A DNA stretch of 64,000 nt, taken from Hydrolagus affinis. Lineage: Eukaryota. Position 1 is the stretch's first letter. Each line of letters starts with the position of its first letter. Shown here one piece after another: positions 49,618 to 60,540 of the stretch. The position numbers and the translations under genes are program-made. The stretch spans positions 1 through 64,000 of the forward strand of contig JAAILG010000598.1 in assembly GCA_012026655.1 (NCBI GenBank), given 5' to 3'. The notes beneath the pieces are model-generated. The model did not search any database. It had not been told where the DNA came from and saw only the letters and a program-made list of their open reading frames with translations.

Positions 49618-49985
49618 CAGGCCCTCTCAGAGGTTCAGAGGGGCTTGGGTCACTTCCAACTTTTGAGGCCCCTGGCCATAAAAAAAACAATGACCATTAA
49701 GTTTCAAATCACGACCTCATCATATTTAATAACTACAATATTAGGAAATTATAATTAAAATTTTGTTTTTTTTAAACGAACCTAATAAAAACGTGTAAAA
49801 ATGTTAAATCCTGTTTAATGAGCTGAGAGTGTGTGTCACATTTTGGTTCGAAAGGGTGGCACATAAAAACAAGTCGCGAAACTTAACAAATGCCAAAAAA
49901 ATTAACAAGTGTCTAAATTTGAGGCCCACTTTGAGTTTGAGGCCCAGGCCACTTGGCCCTCCTGGCCTCCCTCTGATTGGCCCTG
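49618..49985. mobile_element. Non-autonomous hAT DNA transposon, 368 bp
   Basis: Exact 8 bp TSD GTTCTATG (49610-49617 and 49986-49993). Imperfect TIRs CAGGCCCTCTCAGAGG / CAGGGCCAATCAGAGG (13/16); subterminal TTTGAGGCCC three times. Confidence 0.85.
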
Positions 49986-51995
49986 GTTCTATGTTCCTAT
50001 AACCTATTCTGAATAGTAAATTTGGTACTCCTCTTAATTCTTACAATAGACTCTAACTCATAAACTGCTAACCCACAGATCAGCTTCTGACTCTATATAC
50101 AATATATGTACAACTGTGATTCTAATATCATGCATGTCACTAAAAACCATGATTTAACCTTTAACTTTATAAACCACTATGTAACCCACATTTTTTACCC
50201 CCCTATTGCATTCATCAAATATTAACCTTTTTGGGGCTCACGTGCAACTATGATGTTATAAACCACTGACCAACCCTATGACTATTTCTTTCACCCTTCC
50301 TGCACCGATCTTTATTCTCATACTCTACCTTTACACAGCACTATGCACTCCCCCTCCTTAACACTAATTTAACTAAATCCTTAACTCTTAACTCTTACTC
50401 TATATATTATTCTCTAACCTTACAGCACCTTTTTATTCTATATAACATCTCGTAATCTCCATTGAGGTGAAAAAGTGATGCTTCATAATAGATTCAATTT
50501 GATAATTGAAAGATTGAAACATTTTTCACCCCAATAATTTTGTTTCTCATTGGCAAATCACTCTTATTTTGGCTATACAACTTTCTAACCCAACATCAGT
50601 CTTCTGTAGGCCCATTTGGTAAGATGTATTCTCATATATCATTCTCAAACCCCACCTACCACTCTAACTGATACATCATTTCCTCACCCCATTTACTACT
50701 GTAATCCCATACATCACTCTCTCACCCCCTGCCCCTTTGTAGATTTACAAAGGGTTGCAAATTATGAACATGAATTTGCAGGACACTTCATAATCTTATG
50801 TGGAAAACCCTGCATTTTAACATTTTTGTATCCCATTTAACAATGGGATACAAATTATTATGTTTCTTAACAGATTTGATGTGCTGGTTAAAAAAATCAA
50901 CCTTTTCACCGCCAATGTATTTAACAATAAGCAATCTGAAAATGTTGATTTGTTTTTGAGAAACTTTTAATAAGCACGCAAGTTAAATTTTTCAATAATT
51001 ATTCCTGTTAATTCACAAAAGCATATTGGAGCATAGAAACCAAAAGATTGGCTAGTAATTTTTTTAGATTCAATAGCAGCTGGCTAGTAAATGTAGAAAT
51101 TACCCACGGGCTTTTGAAATGCATATCTTCATTTTTATTTTTGTAATAAATTGTATGATATGATGCTTCTGCAGGTTGATAAACTTTATTGTTCCCTCTG
51201 TAATAGACTAAATGAAGCCTGTGAAACGTGATGTTCTGCAAGACAATGTACTGAATCTCATTTTAGTATGTTAAAGACCTCTCACTTAAACTTAAATGGA
51301 ATGAAGAATAAGGTGAAATTGTCATTGTGGGTGTTAGGAAGAAAATACATTGCAGACAATCATCATTTAATATCCAGTGCTGACTTTTTGAACATGTGCT
51401 TTCTCTAAATGATAAATCGGATGACTTACCTCAAACAATAATGTTTGGAATACAAATGAGAAAGCAAGTGCGTTGTTAAGACACACACCAGAAGCATTCT
51501 TGTTGTAAATTGCCTCTGTAATCCTAATTAAAATATTTAAAGAAAAATACAAAGACTTGTATTACAAATGCAGGGGGAAGAACAGTATTTAAAGGCATAG
51601 GATTGCTGTTATTAGGCTGGGCCAGCAACAATCTAAAATAATCAACAATCGGATCTGAAAACCCTTCTCTTTTACATATTCCAACCTTGTCAAGAGGCGA
51701 AGGGTACTTTAAGCAGATTGTCAATGAAGAAGTAGCTGTAGCACATAGAATAACTCACATTATCATTTGCAGCCTTGCGAAACCTGACTTTGCTGCATTA
51801 AACAAAGCTTTCTTTTTTTTTCGCAAAGGAAAACCTTGGAGCTACAGCTGCGATATAATTGGCTTCCAACCAAAGGTTTCGGAGTTCTAATTCAACCTGA
51901 GAGTCAAATTAGAAATTGTCTGCACAGGGGCACTGATATGGTACAAGTGGTTAGCACAACATTCTCTCACCTCTAGAACCTATAAATTTGAATTG

Positions 51996-53275
51996 AACAA
52001 CAACAACTTGAATTTACAACAACAACTTGGATTTGTATAGCGCCCTCCATGCCGAATGGCATCTCAGAATGCTTCCCAATAATGGATCCCGGGGTCGAGC
52101 CAGGGGGAGGGGGAAGAAGATAATCAAAAGCGCTGTTGAAAAGAAAGGTCTTCAGCCGAGACCTGAAAATAGGAAAGGAGGGGGCAAGGCGTAGGGAGTG
52201 AGGGAGGGAGTTCCAGAGCCTCAGGACGTAGTGGCTGACGGCACGGACACCGATGGTGGAGCGGAGGATTCAGGGGAAAAGGAGGAGGTCAGACCCGGTG
52301 GAGCAAAGGCAACGGGTACTGTTGTGATGGGAGAGCAGCTCAGAGAGGTAGGGAGTGCAGAGGAGTGGAAGGATTTGAATACAAGCATGAGAATCTTGAA
52401 ATCAATCCTCTCCGGGACAGGGAGCCAGTGCAGTCTGGCAAGGACTGGAGTAAGCGGGGAGCGGAGTATTGTATGGGTGAGAATACGGCGGCGGAGTTCT
52501 ATATGAGCTGGATTTTATGAATGGTAGCGGAGGGGAGACTGGCGAGGAGGGCATTTGAATAGTCCAGCTGAGAGGTGACAAAGGCATGGACCAGGGTTTT
52601 GGCAGCTTTTGTGTTGAGATATTGACAGGGATGGGCGATGCTTCGGAGATGGAAGAAGGTGGTGCTGGTGAGGGACCGGATGTGGGGGAGGAAGGATAAT
52701 TGAGGGTCGAATTTGATGCCTAAGTTGTGTATGGGTTCGGAGAGTTTTAGGGGCAGGTTGAGTAGGTGGAGGAGGAAGAACTGTGTGACGAGAGCCAAAG
52801 AGTATAGCTTCTGTCTTGTCAACATTTAACTGAAGGAAATTTGCGCTCATCCAGCCCCTGATGTCTGACAGACATGCTGACAGAATGTCAGGGGACTGGA
52901 GGCCGCAAAGTGAAGTGGAAAAATAGAGTTAGGTGTCATCCGCATACATGTGGAAGTCTACCCCATGTCTGTGGATGACATCCCCAAGAGGGAGCATATA
53001 GATTAGGAAGAGGAGGGGGCCAAGGATGGATCCCTGGGGTACCCCACAGGTAACTGGGTGGGAGCTGGAGGAAAAGCCATTTGTGGAGATGTACTGCTGG
53101 CAGTTTGTGAGGTAGGACTCAAACCAGGTGAGTGTGGTCCCACTGAGGTGGATGACGGAGGACAGGCGGTGGAGGAGGATGGCGTGATCGGCTGTGTCGA
53201 AAGCGGCAGAGAGGTCCAGGAGGACAAGGAGGCAGAGGGAGCCCTGGTCACAGGATTTGAACATGGATGAAAGGC
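51996..53275 (-). mobile_element. L2 LINE, 5'-truncated (~1.3 kb) with RT domain remnant
   Basis: Minus-strand RT motifs LVLLDLSAAFDT, GVPQGSILGPLLFLIY and FHMYADDT, then NFLQLNVDKTE and HAFVTSQLDYSNALL; stops and frameshifts; (TTG)n tail. Confidence 0.97.
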
Positions 53276-53387
53276 TCCGTCTTCTGTAGGTCTACAAACC
53301 TGAGCTAAAAGAGCAAAAGGAGAACAAAACCATTTCAATAGCCGTGAGTTTACCAGCTTGATTTGGTGTTGGTTAAGATGCTTGTCT

Positions 53388-53692
53388 TAATAATAATAAA
53401 TAATAATAATCCTTGCTTTTGATGTAGCACTTTTCGATTTTCTAGATGTCCCAAAATGCTTCACAGAATATACTGTAAAGTGAATTGACTGTATGTTTTG
53501 TGGGTGAAACACGGCAGTCAATTGCACACAGCAATGTCCCACAAACAGTCGTGGATTGAAATGATCAATTTTGTTTTGAGGGATAATTATCAGACGTGTG
53601 GAGTAAGGAAACTTGCCCAAGGTTTCACCATGCCAGGAATCAAACCCAGGTCTCTTGCTTGCAAGGCAAGTGCTTTAACCACTACAGGAGTC
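53388..53692 (-). mobile_element. Young tRNA-derived SINE, near full length
   Basis: Head, body and (ATT)n tail match other copies, reversed. Confidence 0.92.
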
Positions 53693-53934
53693 CACAACAG
53701 ACATCGCGCCAACACCAAATGACTCATCTGTGTTCATTTCCACATAACACAGACAGAGATCTGGAAAAGACCAGAGGGGCAAAATGAAAATCACCAATTT
53801 GCTGAAAACATTCCTGCTCCACTTAAAGTGGAAAAATAACAATGCACTAATGAATTGAGCTGCGATTTTTAATATATATTTAAAAAAAATCTTCCCTCCC
53901 TTTTGCAGGCTTCCTTTAAAGCGAGAGTTTACGG

Positions 53935-54234
53935 CAGTAGTTCCTAATTTTTTTTTGCTATGACCCTAAATTAGCCACCAACAGGACCTCCCAACCCTTA
54001 GGGGGCGACTGCGCAACTGAAGCGAAGCTCAGCCAAGATGATATCTCCATCTCTTTTGTGGACTCAGCGCAACTCACTAATATGGTCTTTCATACAAATT
54101 GGTCGGCGGTGTCGCCTCGGGCACTTTTCAGCATTAAAAAAGCAGTTTCAGCATTAAAAAAAAGCAACAAAATTTTTTTCTGATGACCCTTCACGACCCT
54201 GATTTGGGTTGGGACCCGAGGTTGGGAATCACGG
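53935..54234. mobile_element. Non-autonomous hAT (Charlie-like) MITE, 300 bp
   Basis: Termini CAGTAGTTCCTAA... and ...TTGGGAATCACGG resemble CAGTGGTTCCCAA TIRs; subterminal GACCC repeats; 8 bp TSD GTTTACGG (53927-53934) / GTTTATGG (54235-54242). Confidence 0.8.
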
Positions 54235-54547
54235 GTTTATGGTCTGTGGATGTGCATTTTGCAGGGACACAGAATTGCTTTTGATTTACAAAAGACACAA
54301 AGGCAGATACCAGAAACATTTAGTCTTGTCGCCAGACACAAGAGGGAAAATGTTCAAACAAGGGCCAGGGTATGCTTAGCTCACTTGATGCATCATTTGT
54401 ACTGCAGGTCAGGTAATACAATTTCAAATTAAAATTCAGGCATAATCTTAAATTGCATCAAAGCAAAATTGTTTTATTCTTTTTTTAAAAAACAACACTG
54501 AGCCTCGATCATAAAGGATGCACTCACACTTTATTCCACTTTTAATT

Positions 54548-55503
54548 TAATTTATATTAATACTTGGGTATAGGGAGTGCTATTTCCAAGTTTGCAGATG
54601 ACACAAAGTTAGGAAAAATAGTAAATAGTAAGGAGGATAGTAGCCATCTGCAAGAAGATATAGACATAATGGTAAAATGGGCAGACACATGGCAGATGAA
54701 GTTTAATGTGGAGAAATGATACATTTTGGGAGGAGGAATGAGGGGAGGCAATATAGGTTAGATAGTACAATTTTAAGGAGTATGAAGGAACAGACAGACC
54801 TGGGGGTTTGTGTAAGTGAATCTTTGAAGGTGACAGGACAGATAGATAAGGCTGTTAAACAAGCATACAGGATACTAGGCTTGATAAATAGGGGCATAGA
54901 GTACAAAAGTCAGGAAGTTTTGACTAACCTCTATAAAACTTTGGTTAGGCCTCAGCTAGAGTATTGTGTTCAATTCTGATCACCACACTTTAGGAAGGAT
55001 GATAAGGCATTGGAAAGCGTGCAGAGGAGATTTACCAGAATGGTACCAGGAATGAGGGACTTCAGTTATGAGGACAGGCTAGAGAGGCTAGGTTTATTCT
55101 CATTGGAGCAGAGAAGGTTACGAGCAGACCTAATAGAGGTTTTTAGGATCATGAGGGAATTCGATAGGGTAAACAGGGAAAAACTGTTTCCACTGGTGGG
55201 TGTGTCAGTGACCCGAGGTCACAGATTTAAAATAGTTTCTAAAAGAAGCAGAGGGGAGGTGAGGAGAAATTTTTTCACTTAGCGAGTTGTTTGAATCTGG
55301 AATGCATTGCCTGAAAAGATGGTGGAAACCGATTCAATAACAACTTTTAAAAGAGAGGTAGCTGTTTATTTGGGGAGGACGGGTTTGCGCAGTTATGGGG
55401 AGAGAGCTGGGGAGTAGTATGGAGTTGCTCTTTTTAAAGAGCTGGCACAGACTCGATGGGCCGAATGGCCTCCTTTTGCGCCGTAAGATTCTATGAAATG
55501 ATT
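54548..55503 (+). mobile_element. CR1 LINE, 5'-truncated (~0.95 kb)
   Basis: ISKFADDTK, LYKTLVRPQLEYCVQF, VQRRFTRMVPGM...LFSLEQRRLRADLIEVF and TRGHRFK; ends GTAAGATTCTATGA. Confidence 0.97.
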
Positions 55504-57437
55504 TGTTTTTATCTTTAAACAATCATTGCTTTGAGATTCAAAATGTGCCCATGTGTGAAAATTCTCTTGGCACTGAAGTATAGCAAGTTTGTGCATCTGT
55601 AGTGGGAGATGCCATGCAACTTTTCTTGTTTTTACTTTGCAACAACTTGCATTTATATAGCGTACTTCGTGCACGATAGTGTCTCAGAGTGCTTTCATTT
55701 TTTTGGTATTCTTTTGAATATAAAATGCTCCATTTACAATGGGAAGGTAGCAATGCACTGCTGAATTGAACTGGAAAGATAGGACAGCTTCGAATTTTTA
55801 AAAAAAAATCATCCTTTGGATGGGATATCAACAATAAATCACAATCAATCCTCCAAAATATTTCATCAGCTATGTCAAAATGATTCTCATCTGGGTCTTT
55901 GAAATAATTCAGGAAAATGTTAATACTGCTCTTTAAAACCTTAAACTTTGAGAAACTCAGAATTGAAGCAGACTAATGGGTGGCACTTTGCGGTGAGTGC
56001 AGTATGAGAAATATAGAGATGGTAGACATGAGGTGAGAGCTGCAGTTTTCCACGTGAAGCGTTCCTGTTTCCAACTTGACTGTCTGAGGACAAAGGAAAC
56101 AGAGGGCAAGGTTTTTCCCTGCACTAAATTGGAAGTCAAATAAATCCCACACCGCTTATCTCTTCCACAGTAGAACCAGAGAGTAACTGGGAACAGATTA
56201 TTGTGGCCAAGGCATGGTGTGTGGTATTCACATGATAGCGAATCAATGAATGAATTAATCAATCAATCAATCAAATGCACATTCCCATTAATTTAGAAAT
56301 AATCTGTGCTATCACTGGTTGCTGAGTAAATAAAATCTTCACTTTCTCAGAGCATTCCACCCAATTCAGCACAGATATGTAACTACACTCAATAGTATTT
56401 TGTGTGCAGTGTTCACTGATTTCTGACAGGATTTCTTAATAGGTGAACTGAACATTTGCCTTGCCAACTTGTTGGAATTCCACTTATTATTGTGCAGTTT
56501 TGGAGCAGTATTTCAGTCAGTGGGAATGACTTCCTCCTGATTCCAGGAAAATGTCCTCACTAGGATTCCTTATTAAGGAATCACCTCAACAATTACTGCT
56601 TAAGGACGCCTTTGTAAGGATCATTGCTGTAAAATAACAGGGCGGAACAGTCTTGCTGTAAAATTAGCTAGAAACTACAAGAGGCTTATTGAACCTTAGT
56701 ATGAAAAATGAAAGAAAGAAAATTTCTGTAATGTACACACACACGCATCGTTTCCCACATGCATTTATATTGTTTACTTGCAAGAGATTTAATTCAAATC
56801 TATAACATGTATTTAACGTCTCTCCTCAAGAAGTGCAGTCATGCTGCTACATTCACAAGTAATGCTGTCATGCATTGGTGCTCTAAATACAGAATGAACA
56901 GTTCCGTTCAACTATCAGTAATGGCTGTCTGTCGTCTGAACTCTGATTCAACTCACTCACTCTCTATTCTACATTTCCTCTCATTCATAGAAGCAACATA
57001 TCTTATTCGGGCTTGAGGGCTCCTCTAAACAGTAACATATTTGCAATAGGTTTTCCATTATGTCAAGAGATATGCTTTTTCATAACACATTCAGTACCCA
57101 GCAGATACATATCATATGAAAAACATCATTTTATTTCATCTCACAGAATAAGGATTTTACAGTGCCCATGCTTGGATATATGTACCCTGCATTCTGCTTC
57201 CGAGGGAGTGGTCGGTTCAATTTCATAATTGTCATAAAAGAGTACAAAATAAATTTGGGTTAAGAAACGCCTTTGATCTCATCCTTCCACAATACCCACC
57301 CTGCTATCCTCCCATGGCGGCTTTAAACTATTTCTTAAATGAGCCCAGCATCTTGGCCTATAAATCCTTGTTTGCAACCTACTCCTGTTGTTTCAGTCTC
57401 TGTATAGAGAAATGCTTCCTGGTGACTATGGTGCAAT

Positions 57438-57570
57438 TATTAATAATAATAATCCTTACATTTGATACAGCGCCTTTCAAGTCATGAAGTCAACTCAAAG
57501 CACTTAACAGGATATGCTGTAAAGTGTAGGGACTGTATATTTTATAAGGCACTGCAGCAGCCAATTTGAA
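57438..57570 (-). mobile_element. SINE 3' fragment
   Basis: (TAA)nTCCTTACATTTGATACAGCGCC...GCAGCCAATTTG. Confidence 0.75.
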
Positions 57571-57649
57571 ATTGTCCTTATACAACCATAAACCTAGAAC
57601 TCCTTAACTTATTTGACATATTTTGCCAAAGTTTATGTAGATTACCAGC

Positions 57650-57756
57650 AACAAATATACAATCAATTCACTTTACAGTATATTCTGCAAAGTGCTTTGA
57701 GATGTCTAGAAGACGTGAAGAGTGTTATATCAAATGCAAGGATTATTATTATTATT
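57650..57756 (+). mobile_element. Young SINE 3' fragment
   Basis: CAATTCACTTTACAGTATATTCTG...GCAAGG(ATT)n. Confidence 0.85.
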
Positions 57757-58715
57757 AACACAAAGTATTCAATGTATTTCAGTGCTTGGCATGAGGGACA
57801 TACTGGACATCCCAAGGCAGCAGCACATAAGTTAAGTGTCTAGTGCAGGAAATTTATTCAACGTGATTCAATCTATTGTCACGAATAGCACTCTAACAGT
57901 ATCTATACTGCGGTAACGTGACTCCAATATGTACCATTGAAAAAAATGTGCTTGAATTTCCAAGTGACATTCTGCCTGGTGCAGTATTGAGCAAGGCTTG
58001 GGACTGTTGAGTGTGTATGTGTGTGGGTACTATTGGGAGTCTATCCAGCTAAAATCGCACATTTTGCCAAGCATCCCATTGCTTGTCTAGCTAGGATTTT
58101 CCTACCCATCTGGGCTTTGGCTTGCAGGGTTAACCGGAAACTGGGAGGAAAGAATCTGTGCCATCCATGCAACATTCCCGAGGCAAGAGACTGAACGGGA
58201 AACTGTGCCAGTGTTGCTGTTTTCTGCAACAAGATGGTCAACAGTGTCATGTTGATTTGGGAATTAGTTGCTTAATCCCTGCTTGGAAATCCAGTCTTGA
58301 CTTGATTTTTTAAAACTGTATTTCAGCTTGTGTAGTTAGGAGGAAGCGCAAAATAAATTAGTTATTTTTTACAATATTGTTTTGGAGTTTTACTGCAAGC
58401 ATACTTCAAAATTGCATTTATTAAACAAGGCTAATTAGGAGGAAATGTCATATTAATCTTGTACTTGATAGCAGCAAGTTACATAGGAATAAGTCAAAAG
58501 TGGGGTCATGGGGTTAATAGACCAATTCACACTTAACTGACCTTGTATGACCCAGACATTGCAACAGCACTTGAGGAAACAACAAATAAAAAAAATGTGT
58601 GGTGATTGTAAAATGAAACACTTGCCTCAAGATAATTTTTCTTTAAAGCACTCGAAAAGAGCATTTGATCTCAATCCAAATTTGCTGGTACAGCTGTAAG
58701 TTAATCTTGTGAATA

Positions 58716-59072
58716 AATAATAATAACAATAATGACCCTTGCATTTGATATAGCACCTGTTATGCCAGGGAATAACTCAAAGGGCTTCACAGGATTTTAT
58801 TATAATAAGTAGTGACTCTGTTTCTCTAGGCAAACACAGCAGCCAATTTGCGCACAGCAATGTCCCACAAATAACTATGAAGTGAATGGTCAATTTTATG
58901 TGGGGGATTGTTGGTCAGGATACCAGGAGAAACTCCTTTTTCTTGCGGGTTTTGCAACAGGATCTTTAACATCCGTTTGAGCAAGCAGTTGGGCCCTCGG
59001 TTTAAAGTCTCATCTGAAGAACGGCTGCTCGAACAATGCAGCATTCCCCCATTGCACTGGAGAATCAGCTAA
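58716..59072 (-). mobile_element. Older Deu-domain SINE, well preserved
   Basis: GCAGCCAATTTGCGCACAGCAATGTCCCACAAA...GGATCTTTAACATCC...GGGCCCTCGGTTTAAAGTCTCATCTGAAGAACGGC...ATGCAGCATTCCC...TGCACTGGAG, the reversed DeuSINE domain. Confidence 0.8.
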
Positions 59073-60279
59073 ACTGTTGTAGCCTGAAAATGTTTCCATT
59101 GTCTTTTTGATTCTAAAGTTATCTTAATTTGGTAACATTACCGTCATATTGTTAATACAATAACAAGTTGCATGTTGTTCAATCAACTAAGACGAGAAAG
59201 TACATATGCTTTTTATTTTCCAGAGGATTGTGTTGCTGTTAACTAAGATAAATGGGAAGATATATTTGCTTCTTTATACACATATTGTAGTGATATCAAA
59301 GGTCATAAGGGGTCAAGTAATTGTGAAAGGATTTATTGGAAAGGCTGTTTTTAAAAAAAATATGAAACTGTTTTATTCTGGGTCTTAGAAGCTTAGTTTC
59401 ATACTTTAGGTCTTGCTAAATAATGATTTATTGAAGGTTCAAGAAAAGCAAGCACAGTTGATAAACAAAAAAGAGGAATTGGGGCAGATATATTACCTCA
59501 TAGTAGCTTAGCATTAAAGTTCAGTATTTCCACACTATTTAGAAAATTTAAATTCTCATTTCTGAACTTGGAACGGATGTCCAAAGGCTAGATTTTGAAC
59601 AGTCAAGTTACTGCAAAGGAATACATTTTAAAAGGGGTCATGCTTCACTTAATCTCAAAAAATGCTTTGGGTTATACCGGTAGTAAACCCTCTCTGTGAG
59701 ATTTCAAGGCTCTATTTACACAGAAAAATCGAGCGAGTTTGGAACTACTCTTGGAATCTGCCTGTTCCACTTCGACTCTCATTCCACATACACCCTGATC
59801 AGGTTGATCAAGTGGGTGCAAAGGCTACACTGGCTCCAGTTCTTGGCACCCCATGAAGGGTTAAAAAATGCGACATGTCATGGTTGTCAGATTGTGGAAA
59901 ATTGCCGTCCAAAAGCGTTTCTAGTCTATCGATTGGTTTGAAGTTTACCCCTTCCTTTCCTCCCATCCGACTTTGGCTCCACGGGTGGGCCCAAAGCCTA
60001 CAGCAGAGAATCGCATTTGTGCGCCAATCTGCAGGCTATTTACAGGTGTATCTCTCAATGAGGTAAGACAATACGTTGTAAAGTCATAGTCTGCAAACCA
60101 CAACACCAAATAGAGATGGCAGAGGTGTTTGATATAGTGCCTTTCACTTTGGGAGGGCACCCCATAGAGCTTCACAGGATATATATGTAAACACCACAAG
60201 TGCAATGTGACACCATTCCATCATACAAACATTTCTCCACCAATATCCTGTAAATAAATTGGTCATTCACTTCATGGCC

Positions 60280-60540
60280 ATTCCAGGCAGGGCAAAACCT
60301 TGGACAAGTTTCCTTACTCCACATGACTGATAATAATCCTTCCAGAAAAAACAACAATAAATTGGTCATTTTCAATCCATGACTGTGGGACACTGTTGTG
60401 CGCAATTGACTGCTATGTTTCGCCCACAAATATACAGTCAATTTACTTTACAGTATATTCTATGAAGTGCTTTGAGACGTCTCGGAGATGTAAAAAGCAC
60501 TGTACCAAATGCAAGGATTATTATTAGTATTATTATTATT
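60280..60540 (+). mobile_element. Young SINE, 5'-truncated
   Basis: ATTCCAGGCAGGGCAAAACCTTGGACAAGTTTCCTTACTCC through the (ATT)n tail. Confidence 0.88.

Noticed and set aside
51570-51600. Short similarity to 10155-10182 (ACAGTATTYAARGGCAT)
   Set aside because: Too short, and flanks do not align; probably chance.
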